Positions 14,313 to 23,062 of a stretch of 24,708 nt of DNA are shown piece by piece (position 1 is the first letter of the stretch; each line of letters begins with the position of its first letter). The DNA comes from a bacterium (GTDB taxonomy: Bacteria > Zhuqueibacterota > Zhuqueibacteria > Oceanimicrobiales > Oceanimicrobiaceae), in assembly GCA_037446635.1 (NCBI GenBank), contig JBBIIG010000060.1, positions 1-24,708 of the forward strand, read 5' to 3'. A model generated the notes under the pieces. The model saw only the letters and a list, made by a program, of their open reading frames with translations, had not been told where the DNA came from and did not search any database. The position numbers and the translations under genes were made by a program.

Positions 14313-16766
14313 TCGGACCCGCTTCAACAAGTTCGCATTCGTCACGACCGTCACTGAACTCGAGGCCATCGCGATTTCCGCGATAACCGGATGAAGCAAT
14401 CCGAGCACTGCCAGTGGAATCGCCACCACGTTGTAGAAAAATGCCCAAAACAAATTTTGCTTGATTTTGCGAAACGTGGCGCGCGACAACTTGATCGCCT
14501 CCACGACGCTGTCGAGATTTCCGCGCACCAAAGTGATGTCCGCCGACTCGATGGCGATGTCCGTGCCGGTGCCAATCGCGATGCCGACGTCGGCTTGCGT
14601 TAGCGCCGGCGCATCGTTGATGCCGTCGCCCACCATCGCCACGCCACCGACTTCCTTTTGCAGCCGTTTGATCTCCGCCACCTTCTGATGCGGCAGCACC
14701 TCAGCGAGCACGTGTTTGATGCCAACTTTCTTCGCAATGGCCTCAGCGGTGTGGCGATTGTCGCCGGTGATCATTGCGGTTTCGTAACCCATTTTTTCGA
14801 TCTCTTTGATCGCGGCCGCGGCTTCGTCTTTCAACTGATCGGCCACGGCAATGACGCCGGCAATCTCGCCGTCGATGGCCGCTATCATTGCGGTTTTGGC
14901 TTCCGATTCCAATTGCCCAATTCGATCTTGTGAAGTTTGGGTGCTGACTTCAAATTCAGTCATCAGCGCCATCGTTCCCACCAACACCGGCTTGCCATTC
15001 ACTTTCCCCGCGACGCCTTTTCCCGGCACCGCGCGAAAATCACTGACCTCTGAAATTTTGATGTTCCAAGCTTTGGCGCTGTCCACGATGGCTTTGCCCA
15101 ACGGATGTTCGGACGCCGCTTCGAGGCTGGCGGCGAATTGCAGCACTTCATTCGCCGGGAATCCATTCAGCGGAACAACGTCGGTCACTTCGGGACGGCC
15201 TTTGGTGAGTGTGCCGGTTTTATCGAAGACGATCACTTTCACGTCTTTCAAATTTTGAATGGCCGCGCCGTCGCGGATCAAAATGCCGTGCTCCGCGCCC
15301 ATGCCGCTGCCGACCATCAGCGCGGTGGGCGTGGCCAATCCAAGCGCGCACGGACAGGCGATCACCAGCACTGCCACGAACGCGAAAATCGCCAGCGTGA
15401 ATGCATCGACGTTGGGTTGAACCCATGGCAAGAATGTCTGCGCCCACGCCGGCACGGCGCGCAAAGCTTCCGGAAAAAGCAGCCACGCGAGAAACGTCAC
15501 CGTGGCGAGGGCGACGATAGTCGGGACGAAAATCGCGGTCACCCGATCGGCAAATTCTTGAATCGGAACTTTGCTGCTCTGCACCTCTTCCACCATACGA
15601 ATCATCTGCGACAGAAACGTGTCTTTGCCCACGCGCGTCGCTGCGACTTTCATCAGCCCGTGTTGATTGATTGTCGCGCCGATCACTTCCGCGCCGGGTT
15701 GCTTTCGCACTGGCATCGACTCGCCGGTGGCGAGCGACTCGTCCACCAAGCTGTCGCCTTCGATGACTTTGCCATCGGTGGGAATTTTTTCGCCGGGGCG
15801 AATGACCATCACGTCGCCAGCTTTTACCGACTCGATGGGCACATCGACTTCTTTGCCATCGCGGATCACCCGCGCGGTTTTCGCTCCCAACTGCAGCAAC
15901 TTTTTGATGGCTTCGGAAGCGCGGCCGCGGGCTTTGGTTTCGATGTAACGTCCGGTCAAATGGAAGGCCATGATCATGGCAGCAATGCCCGCAAAGCTCA
16001 ACACCGGCATGACGAAAGCGAGAAAGCCGGTGAGAATCGAGGCGGTGGTGCCGAGCGCGATGAGCACGTCCATGTTGGCGTGTTTGTGGGTGACGGCGTT
16101 CCACGCGGAACGAAATGTCTCCGACCCGGGCCACAGAAGCACTGGCAGCGCCAGCGCAACCATCACTAAATTGTGAATGAAGGGGGTCGGCCAGTGATGC
16201 CCTTGCGCCATGCCGATGAGCATCCACAACATGAGCGGAATAGTGAATGCCCACGCTGCGGCCATTCGGAGTTTGGCGGCGTGAACCTTTTGGAGGTCGC
16301 GATCGGTTTCAGAGGCCGCACGTTCGTCTTCCGTCACGCCTAAAAATTGGTAGCCGCTATGTTGAACGGCGCGTTTCAAATCATCCAATTTCGCCAACGT
16401 AGGATCGAATTCCACGAAGGCTTTTTCTGTGGCGAGATTCACTTTCACGTCCAGCACGCCGGGTGTGTCCGCGAGAAAACGCTCAACATTGCCAACGCAG
16501 GAAGCGCAGTGCATGCCGCCAATTTTCAACGTGACCTTTTGAGTTTCGGCTTTGACATCGTAACCGGCGTTTTGCACCGCTTTGATGAGGTCTGATTTTT
16601 GAACCCTCGCCGGATCGAATTCCACAAGCGCTTTTTCCGTGGCGAGATTTACCGCAGCGCTGATCACGCCGGGCGTGTTCTTTAAACTTCTCTCAACGTT
16701 CTGCACGCAACCGGCGCAGTGCATGCCGGTGATGGATAAGGTGATTTTTTCTTTGGTGCTCTCCAT
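14295..16766 (-). CDS. copA: Copper-translocating P1B-type ATPase
   Basis: Two HMA domains (GMHCAGC, GMHCASC), TGES, CPCALGLA, DKTGT, SEHP, GDGINDAP, YN and MASSS. Confidence 0.95.
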   Translation of the reverse strand: MESTKEKITLSITGMHCAGCVQNVERSLKNTPGVISAAVNLATEKALVEFDPARVQKSDLIKAVQNAGYDVKAETQKVTLKIGGMHCASCVGNVERFLADTPGVLDVKVNLATEKAFVEFDPTLAKLDDLKRAVQHSGYQFLGVTEDERAASETDRDLQKVHAAKLRMAAAWAFTIPLMLWMLIGMAQGHHWPTPFIHNLVMVALALPVLLWPGSETFRSAWNAVTHKHANMDVLIALGTTASILTGFLAFVMPVLSFAGIAAMIMAFHLTGRYIETKARGRASEAIKKLLQLGAKTARVIRDGKEVDVPIESVKAGDVMVIRPGEKIPTDGKVIEGDSLVDESLATGESMPVRKQPGAEVIGATINQHGLMKVAATRVGKDTFLSQMIRMVEEVQSSKVPIQEFADRVTAIFVPTIVALATVTFLAWLLFPEALRAVPAWAQTFLPWVQPNVDAFTLAIFAFVAVLVIACPCALGLATPTALMVGSGMGAEHGILIRDGAAIQNLKDVKVIVFDKTGTLTKGRPEVTDVVPLNGFPANEVLQFAASLEAASEHPLGKAIVDSAKAWNIKISEVSDFRAVPGKGVAGKVNGKPVLVGTMALMTEFEVSTQTSQDRIGQLESEAKTAMIAAIDGEIAGVIAVADQLKDEAAAAIKEIEKMGYETAMITGDNRHTAEAIAKKVGIKHVLAEVLPHQKVAEIKRLQKEVGGVAMVGDGINDAPALTQADVGIAIGTGTDIAIESADITLVRGNLDSVVEAIKLSRATFRKIKQNLFWAFFYNVVAIPLAVLGLLHPVIAEIAMASSSVTVVTNANLLKRVRLKSKP

Positions 16767-16815
16767 TTTCAAAAAATATTTATTCGCTTTGGCTCTGGTG
16801 AACAGTCAAGACGAG

Positions 16816-16917
16816 ACCCCATCCTGACCTTCCCCTTTCAGGGGAAGGGACAATCCCCTCTCCTCGTGAGGAGAGGGTTTCCGCCAAAGCGGATCCGCTT
16901 CGCGGAAGGGTGAGGTT
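16816..16917. repeat. Double-hairpin REP-like element with a nested palindromic insertion
   Basis: CCTTCCCC-tttca-GGGGAAGG and CCCTCTCCTC-gt-GAGGAGAGGG hairpins; TCCGCCAAAGCGGATCCGCTTCGCGGA at 16880-16906. Confidence 0.75.
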
Positions 16918-16959
16918 ATTTGTCATCCCACAAAAGTTATTGAAACAACGCCAGCCTCT

Positions 16960-17013
16960 CTACACTTCTATTTTTTCCTTCTTCGATTGCGTTGCGGCCT
17001 TTCTTCGCATTCT
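16960..17013 (-). pseudogene. Diverged duplicate of the lgt 3' end
   Basis: Translates RMRRKAATQSKKEKIEV* versus lgt RMQKGKPAAQSKKEKIEA*. Confidence 0.7.
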
Positions 17014-17014
17014 C

Positions 17015-17045
17015 GATCAAACACCGTTTCAAACGGTGTTTGATC
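17015..17045. repeat. Perfect 15-bp inverted repeat
   Basis: GATCAAACACCGTTT-C-AAACGGTGTTTGATC. Confidence 0.85.
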
Positions 17046-17057
17046 TTTATGCTCAAC

Positions 17058-17924
17058 CTACGCCTCTATTTTCTCCTTTTTCGATTGAGCAGCGGGCTTG
17101 CCTTTTTGCATCCGGTTTTTTCGAGTCAAATAAATCATCAGTCCACCGCCAATCACAATCAACCCAATACTGATGAGTTGCGCCACGGTTAATCCCCAAA
17201 GGACTTTTGGCGTGGTACGATAGAATTCGGTGAAAATCCGGCCGCCGCCGATTAATACGAGGTACGAGCTGAATTTGAAGCCCTGCGGCAAATCCTTTTT
17301 GCGGATATTCCAAAGAAACGCGAAGATGGATAGCAGGATGATCATATCGTAAATCGGCGTGGGATGCACTGGAATATCGGCGGGCACCGTTTGTCCGGGG
17401 AAGCGCTCGTGATACAATTCCACCAGCCGCGGATTTTCTGTGGCGAGGGTTGAGATGATGCCTTTGGGGTACGTCATCGCCCAAGGGACATCGGTGGGCG
17501 GGCCGTAGTCGCCATCGCCGGAGAGCAGGCAGCCCATGCGGCCGAAGGTTTGGCCTAGCGCCAGCAGCGGCGCCATGATGTCGCAAATCAGCGGCACGGA
17601 AATTTTTTTGCGATGCACGTACCAGGTCGCGGCAGCGAATCCGCCGAGCAGGCCGCCGTACCACACCAGCCCCGCGCCGGTGAAAATATAATCGGTGGGA
17701 TTTTTGAGAAAGCTGTCCCAGCGTTCGGCGATATAATAAATGCGCGCGCCTAAAAATCCGCCAATCATCGCGGCGATAGCGAGGGAGTTGGCCAAATCCG
17801 GGTGCTGGCCGATGCGTTCCACTTCTTTGCGCAGCAGCAGCGTCGGCACTAAAAACGCCAGCATCGCCATCACCCCAAAGCTGTTAATGGTGATGGGGCC
17901 GATTTTGAATAATTCCGGTATCAT
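17058..17924 (-). CDS. lgt: Prolipoprotein diacylglyceryl transferase
   Basis: MIPELFKIG, GGFLGARIYY, GLVWYGG, FGRMGC, PWAM, PVHPTPIY, RIFTEFYR. Confidence 0.93.
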   Translation of the reverse strand: MIPELFKIGPITINSFGVMAMLAFLVPTLLLRKEVERIGQHPDLANSLAIAAMIGGFLGARIYYIAERWDSFLKNPTDYIFTGAGLVWYGGLLGGFAAATWYVHRKKISVPLICDIMAPLLALGQTFGRMGCLLSGDGDYGPPTDVPWAMTYPKGIISTLATENPRLVELYHERFPGQTVPADIPVHPTPIYDMIILLSIFAFLWNIRKKDLPQGFKFSSYLVLIGGGRIFTEFYRTTPKVLWGLTVAQLISIGLIVIGGGLMIYLTRKNRMQKGKPAAQSKKEKIEA

Positions 17925-17962
17925 TCGTTCCTTTCTTTCATCGGTCTCAAATTGACGTGCTG

Positions 17963-17991
17963 AATGTAAAGCATTTGGGTGCTAAAATCAA
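17963..17991 (-). promoter_or_regulatory. Putative sigma70 promoter of lgt
   Basis: Minus strand TTGATT-17 bp-TACATT. Confidence 0.55.
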
Positions 17992-18199
17992 GAAATTAAA
18001 CCGGCGTGCAAATTTCAGTTTTGCGTGCGGTGAAGCGGAGCTTCGCGTTTTCAGCGCTGTTCCAAGTTTTTAATTAGGGCTTTGCTTTTCTTCAGTATTC
18101 GATATTTTCTGTCTGATATTCGATATTCAAAAAATAACATCGGTTCACCACGAATAATGAATGAACAAGGGGCACCGAATTTCGAATAGCGCATAGTCC

Positions 18200-19114
18200 C
18201 TACTTTTCCAGCCCCTGCGCATCATCCCAGGATGTCTTGTCCTCCACCGGCTCCACGTGAATATGAACCTGCGTGTTAGAGAGCTCGCTTTCGATTTCCG
18301 TTTCGATCACTTCGCAAAGATCGTGTGCCGCCTGCACGGTAGTGTTGCCCGCCACTAAAATATGAAAATCGATGAAACGATTGGGCCCGGCTTTGCGCGT
18401 CCGCAGGTTGTGATGCGATTTAACTTTTGCCGAGTGCTTTTTCAGAATTTGTTCGATGGTCTGCACTTCCGCGACCGGCAGAGCGTGATCCATCAAACCG
18501 CGGAAGGAGCGTCGCAGCAATCCTGCGCCAGAAAAAATGATGTTAACCGCCAGCGCATACGCGATGAGCGGATCGAGGATGGCGAGTCCGGTTGCCGCCA
18601 CCACCGCCAGTCCCGCCACCACGCCGACCGACGTCCACACATCGGTCATGAGATGTTTGGCATCGGCTTCGAGGGTGATGGAATCGTGCTCGCGCGCCGC
18701 AATCAGTAGCAACCGCGCCACGATGAAATTGACGCCGGAGGCCGCGAGGGCGATAACCAAACCCACATCGAGATTTTCGAGCGGCCGCGGATTGATGAGC
18801 CGCACGGTTGCGGAATACCCTATGCCAACTGCGGCGACGATAATCAACGTTCCCTCCACGCCGCTGGAAAAATATTCGGCTTTATCGTGGCCGTAGGTGT
18901 GAGTGCTGTCCGGCGGGCGCGAGGCATACCATAGGAACGACGCCGCCACGATTGCCGCGGCGAGATTCACCAACGACTCCGCGGCGTCGCTCAATAAACC
19001 AACGGAACCGGTGAGATAATACGCGGTGAATTTCATCGCCAGGGTGATAATCGAAGCCGCGATGGAGAGATAGATGATGCGATTTTTGTCTTTAAATAGT
19101 CTCATTAGTCTCAT
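18200..19114 (-). CDS. Cation diffusion facilitator (FieF/YiiP-like) transporter
   Basis: GSVGLLSDAAES, HTYGHDKAEY, ADAKHLMTDVWTS, C-terminal IHVEP. Confidence 0.92.
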   Translation of the reverse strand: MRLMRLFKDKNRIIYLSIAASIITLAMKFTAYYLTGSVGLLSDAAESLVNLAAAIVAASFLWYASRPPDSTHTYGHDKAEYFSSGVEGTLIIVAAVGIGYSATVRLINPRPLENLDVGLVIALAASGVNFIVARLLLIAAREHDSITLEADAKHLMTDVWTSVGVVAGLAVVAATGLAILDPLIAYALAVNIIFSGAGLLRRSFRGLMDHALPVAEVQTIEQILKKHSAKVKSHHNLRTRKAGPNRFIDFHILVAGNTTVQAAHDLCEVIETEIESELSNTQVHIHVEPVEDKTSWDDAQGLEK

Positions 19115-19195
19115 ACTTTATGATATCGGGATATGAAAATTGCATAGCGCAAAGAGCAAAGCGCGAAAGGCAACTCTGCTCTGCGCTATGCTTTA

Positions 19196-20305
19196 CTACG
19201 TCATTTTTCCACGGCCAGCAATTTTAAAAAGCCGCGCCACGCGGTCGTCGCGAATGCCGTACATTTCATCGAACATATTCACCACGACACAGGCGTGATT
19301 GGGAATGATGCGAACTTTCTCACCGATTTCAAACGCTGCGTCCGATTCGATGACGCCGTGTTCCTCGGAAAGCCGGGTGATGGCCACCTGCTTTTCGAGA
19401 ATCCAGCCGTAGCCGCCATTTTTTCCGGAACGACCGCGGGGGTCGGAGGTCAGCGCTTTTTTGCCGGCATCGATCACCACGCGATTTTTAGCGGGACGAC
19501 TCACCACCGTCGCCAAAACCGTGAGCGCGCAATCTTCCAATCGACAGGCGAAAAGATCGACTTGAGTCAAATCATAAAACACGTACGTGCCCGGACGAAT
19601 TTCGGTGGCGCCCGGCGCCGCTGCACAGAATTGCGCCGCCGGCGTGGAGCCGACGCTGACCGTCTCCACCGGGATGTCATTTCCTCGCAGCAGCTCCGCG
19701 GTCTCCACCATCACGCGGCTTTCTTCGCGGCCAATTTTCTCGATACCCTCGCGGGTGGTTTGGTTGTACGCGTGGCCGCCGTGGGTCATCAGTCCGCGCA
19801 GGTTCAGTTGTTTGAGTTGCGCGATCGCTTTCGCTAATTGCAGCGCCTCTTCGCCAGGCAAAACGCCGGCGCGATTTTGTCCGCAATTGATTTCGATGAC
19901 AACTTCGAGGGTTTGGCCGGCTTGCCCGCTTAGGCGGGCCTGCGCCAGCGCGGCGTTTAAACTCTGCGCGCCAAAAACGCTGTCCACCGCGACGCACACG
20001 TTTGCTTTTTTCGCCAGCTCAATTAGCCGTTTGAATTTGGGCTCGCCGATGATCTCGTTGGCGATGAGAATGTCGTCGATTCCCGCGGCGGCCATCGCTT
20101 CGGCCTCGCCCAATTTGGCACAGGTGATGCCGCTCGCCCCGGCGGCGATTTGCATTTTGGCGATCTCCGGGCACTTGTGAGTTTTGGTGTGCGGTCGCAG
20201 ATTCACGCCGTGTGATTTGGCCAGCGCCGCCATGCGCGCGATGTTGGCTTCGAGACGATCTAAATCGATCAATAAAGCGGGGGTGTCGAGTTGCTGGAAG
20301 TGCAT
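19196..20305 (-). CDS. PLP-dependent alanine-racemase-fold enzyme, D-threonine aldolase/D-serine dehydratase (DSD1) family
   Basis: LDTPALLID, RPHTKTHKC, GSTP, EIRPGTYVFYD, DAGKK, SEEHG, PNHAC. Confidence 0.9.
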   Translation of the reverse strand: MHFQQLDTPALLIDLDRLEANIARMAALAKSHGVNLRPHTKTHKCPEIAKMQIAAGASGITCAKLGEAEAMAAAGIDDILIANEIIGEPKFKRLIELAKKANVCVAVDSVFGAQSLNAALAQARLSGQAGQTLEVVIEINCGQNRAGVLPGEEALQLAKAIAQLKQLNLRGLMTHGGHAYNQTTREGIEKIGREESRVMVETAELLRGNDIPVETVSVGSTPAAQFCAAAPGATEIRPGTYVFYDLTQVDLFACRLEDCALTVLATVVSRPAKNRVVIDAGKKALTSDPRGRSGKNGGYGWILEKQVAITRLSEEHGVIESDAAFEIGEKVRIIPNHACVVVNMFDEMYGIRDDRVARLFKIAGRGKMT

Positions 20306-20326
20306 AGCATCGAAAATTTTTGGTGT

Positions 20327-20355
20327 ATTGTAATGAGGATTCGCGGGTAAGTCAA
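20327..20355 (-). promoter_or_regulatory. Sigma70 promoter of the DSD1-family gene
   Basis: Minus strand TTGACT-17 bp-TACAAT. Confidence 0.7.
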
Positions 20356-20466
20356 GGAGAAAAATTCATCTTGACTTTGCAGTTTTTTCGATTAGTATTT
20401 TGGTTCTCCGAGAATATGACAATTGAGAAACGCTTTCTTCTGGTCTGGTTGTGGTTTGCTCTACAA

Positions 20467-20492
20467 CGCGGCCGGCTAAAGCCTGCGGCTAC
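20467..20492 (-). repeat. GTAG-type REP-like sequence
   Basis: Minus strand GTAGCCGCAGGCTTTAGCCGGCCGCG. Confidence 0.55.
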
Positions 20493-20503
20493 CTCAAAAA
20501 AAC

Positions 20504-20734
20504 TCACAACGAAAACCAGCGGCTTACCTTCACCAAAAACACATTCGTGCCGGTGGTGTCGAACAAATCTCCCAGATCGTTTCCAAATCTAAAGTTGCCG
20601 TCGGTAAACGCGTCGTTCGTGCGTTCCTGCGTCCACACGAGGAAGAGGGTGGAGCCGGGCTGGTACTCCCAGCGCACGACAAAATTCGACCGGAACTGGC
20701 GGAAGTTGAAATCGGGCTGATCGATGGAGTAGCT
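20504..20734 (-). pseudogene. Orphan 3' fragment of an outer-membrane beta-barrel protein (DUF5916-like)
   Basis: Manual translation SYSIDQPDFNFRQFRSNFVVRWEYQPGSTLFLVWTQER...NVFLVKVSRWFSL*; no in-frame start upstream. Confidence 0.75.
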
Positions 20735-20759
20735 GTGCGAAGCGCCAGAAAAAAAGTTC

Positions 20760-20788
20760 TTGATTTGTCGAAGGCCGTTGAGTATTTT
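20760..20788 (+). promoter_or_regulatory. Putative promoter of the TA remnant cluster
   Basis: TTGATT-17 bp-TATTTT. Confidence 0.45.
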
Positions 20789-20821
20789 AAACTCCAGATA
20801 AACTTTAAGAGGATATATCTC

Positions 20822-21018
20822 ATGAGCGAAACACTGAGAGACTGAAATCTCAACTTGGGGAGTTGACCAAGACAGAGAAAGCCGACCTAGCTCACTTTCT
20901 AATATACTCTCTTGACGAAGAAGAAGGCGATGTTGAAGCCGCCTGGGATGAGGAGTTATTGATCACGATTTATCAACCTAATGAAGAAGAGTGGATCAAT
21001 TACTCTGTGCGGAGATGA
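20822..21018 (+). pseudogene. Chimeric pseudogene: addiction-module antitoxin (TIGR02574-like) 5' part joined to a DUF4258-like 3' end
   Basis: With a one-base correction near 20834: MSETxERLKSQLGELTKTEKADLAHFLIYSLDEEEGDVEAAWDEEL, then LITIYQPNEEEWINYSVRR*. Confidence 0.65.
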
Positions 21019-21251
21019 TCATGTTTCACTGTAATATTTGCGGTTCAAATGAGGCCCGTGAGGAATTGGTAGATGAAGTATTCAAACTCAACGGGAAGCA
21101 TATTTTGGTGGAGAGTATTCCGGCCAAAGTTTGTGTGCGCTGTGGCGACAAAACTTTTAGCCGTGAGACGACAGAGAGAATTCGCCGAATCGTGCACGGC
21201 GAGTTGGAACCGGCCAAATCAGTTGTGATGGATGTGTTTGAGTACGCGTAA
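21015..21251 (+). CDS. YgiT-type zinc finger protein
   Basis: CNICG...VESIPAKVCVRCGDKTFSRET; ATGA overlap with the DUF4258-like stop. Confidence 0.82.
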   Translation: MIMFHCNICGSNEAREELVDEVFKLNGKHILVESIPAKVCVRCGDKTFSRETTERIRRIVHGELEPAKSVVMDVFEYA

Positions 21252-21478
21252 TGAAGAACATTAAAAGTCACGATGCGATCCCGATATGCTGGATGAATAT
21301 GATTTCAGCAAAGGCGTTCGCGGCAAATATGTCAAGCGCCGCCTTGCCGGGGGGCAGCAACGTGGTGGTGCTGTCACCTGACGTGGCAAAAGTTTTCCCC
21401 GACTCCGATTCCGTGAACGAAGCCCTCTGCACTTTGGCTAAAATTGTCAATCAGAGGGCGAAGAAGTTGGCGGTTTGA
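21251..21478 (+). pseudogene. Frameshifted BrnA-like antitoxin
   Basis: DPDMLDEYDFSKGVRGKYVKR in one frame and GSNVVVLSPDVAKVFPDSDSVNEAL in another; no BrnT gene adjacent. Confidence 0.7.
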
Positions 21479-21562
21479 TATGACTACCGAGGCGCTTTTT
21501 CTCATCGTATGTCGCAAGCCCAATCTCAGATGCATACCATTTGCACGTGTGCCAGATTTATC

Positions 21563-21590
21563 TTGACTCATTTTCTCAGTTCCTTATCTT
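21563..21590 (+). promoter_or_regulatory. Putative parDE promoter
   Basis: TTGACT-16 bp-TATCTT. Confidence 0.45.
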
Positions 21591-21632
21591 CATTGCAGAT
21601 TTATCAATAGCAGTTTACTAAGAGAGGCAAGT

Positions 21633-21878
21633 ATGGAAATAGAACTTTCACCAGAGATGGAACAAATCATTCAGGACAAAGTGGCCTCGGGTCGCTATCC
21701 AAATGCTTCGGAGTTTATCAGGGAAGCTATTTTGAGAGCGGTAGAGCGGGATCAACTCAAACTGAGCAAGCTCAATGAAGCGGTCGCCATTGGCATGGAT
21801 CAAGCAGAGAAAGGACAATTTAGCAAGAGGTCTGTTCAGGATATTATTGAGAGCAAGGAGGCAAGCAAACAAGCCTAA
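21633..21878 (+). CDS. parD: Type II antitoxin, ParD (CC2985-like RHH) family
   Basis: KVASGRYPNASEFIREAI, LNEAVAIGMDQAEKG. Confidence 0.88.
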   Translation: MEIELSPEMEQIIQDKVASGRYPNASEFIREAILRAVERDQLKLSKLNEAVAIGMDQAEKGQFSKRSVQDIIESKEASKQA

Positions 21879-21882
21879 TGCA

Positions 21883-22179
21883 ATGGCCAATTATAAACTC
21901 ACCGTCAGAGCAGAGCTCGATCTTGAGGAGATATGGGAATACACCAATCTGCAATGGGGTAAGAATCAGGCGAGCAAATACCTGACGCAATTGGAAGAGA
22001 CGTTTATGGCGCTTGCAGAAAATCCTAAAGCCGGTAAGCGGAGATACGAAATCGCCGGCTCACCCTTCAGTTACCACTGTGGCAGACACGTGATTTTCTA
22101 CCGCAAAGGAAGAAAAGGCATAGAGATCGTTAGGGTCCTTCATGATTCAATGGATTTCCCGCGACATTTTACTCGATAA
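21883..22179 (+). CDS. parE: Type II toxin, RelE/ParE family
   Basis: YKLTVRAELDLEEIWEYTNLQWG, HVIFYR, IEIVRVLHDSMD. Confidence 0.9.
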   Translation: MANYKLTVRAELDLEEIWEYTNLQWGKNQASKYLTQLEETFMALAENPKAGKRRYEIAGSPFSYHCGRHVIFYRKGRKGIEIVRVLHDSMDFPRHFTR

Positions 22180-22185
22180 TCATGG

Positions 22186-22270
22186 AAGTTACCGCCGTAA
22201 TTTTAAAAATGACCGCCGTAACTTTGGGAAATGACCGAGTCAATTTTTAAAATAACCGCCGTTATTTTAT
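22186..22270. repeat. Four imperfect direct repeats of about 21 bp
   Basis: ACCG cores at 22191, 22212, 22234 and 22255; consensus close to AAATGACCGCCGTAATTTT. Confidence 0.8.
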
Positions 22271-22335
22271 TGTCTCGCCTCTTCGCTCTATGCTCTTCGT
22301 TCCACGGCTTTCCCGTACTTGGCCCAAAAATCTTC

Positions 22336-22363
22336 TTGACATTTTCTCTCGAAATTTTATTTT
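22336..22363 (+). promoter_or_regulatory. Putative promoter of the terminal gene cluster
   Basis: TTGACA-16 bp-TATTTT. Confidence 0.45.
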
Positions 22364-22519
22364 GTGATCATTGTCTGATACGATTTCTCTCACTCCATTC
22401 GAGTCGTTTACTGAGCCGACATTCGCTGCTTGAAGCTTATCACGTTGGTTTCAACATGCCGTTCAGAAAATCCAATAGTTATTTCCCCTAAACAATTATC
22501 CCGGAATGGAGAAAACTTT

Positions 22520-23006
22520 ATGCAGCCTGCAGAGATAATCTTAAAAATGGCCGCGTTAAGCGGATGGCAAGTGGAAACATTAGATTCGGATATTGTATTG
22601 ATCAAGCACAAGGATAATGATACGGGTGAGCAAGGACAATTTATAGTACAATTCTTATCGCCTCTTAAACCAGACCTTCTTGTCCTTGAAATTCAGACTC
22701 CCGGAATGCCCATGAACGATCAGGTGGTAAATGACAAAGAATTCGTCCTAAAGATTGCAAAATTTGCACTGGCACGTAACTTCGATCTTAAGTTGATGCG
22801 ATGGGGCCTTGCGGATACAGCCGATGGGGCCAACTTTATGCATCAAAATTACGATTTTTCTTAGGACGGCCCTAGAGATGCTTCAAGGTTTGGAACATGC
22901 ATTTAAATTGCTTAAGAATGAGACAGAAACCTTTTTTAAAACTGTTATGTCGGAAGTACTTGGGCTACCTACGGATGTTGTGAACCAGATTACAAAAAGT
23001 GAATAG
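22520..23006 (+). pseudogene. YbjN/T3SS-chaperone-like protein split by a +1 frameshift (or sequencing error)
   Basis: SD GGAGA and ATG 22520; removing one G from GGGG (22826-29) joins ..ALARNFDLKLMRWGLADTADG to PTLCIKITIFLRTALEMLQGLEHAFKLLKNETETFF. Confidence 0.55.
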
Positions 23007-23062
23007 ACTTCGAAAAAAAGGATTTGCTTTATGTCAACAAGAAAATATTCTCGGAGGAGGTC

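Noticed and set aside
15105..16254. 354-aa and 344-aa ORFs overlapping copA
   Set aside because: Alternative-frame artefacts of GC-rich coding sequence.
22186..22270. CRISPR array
   Set aside because: The repeats are contiguous with no spacers, and there are no cas genes.
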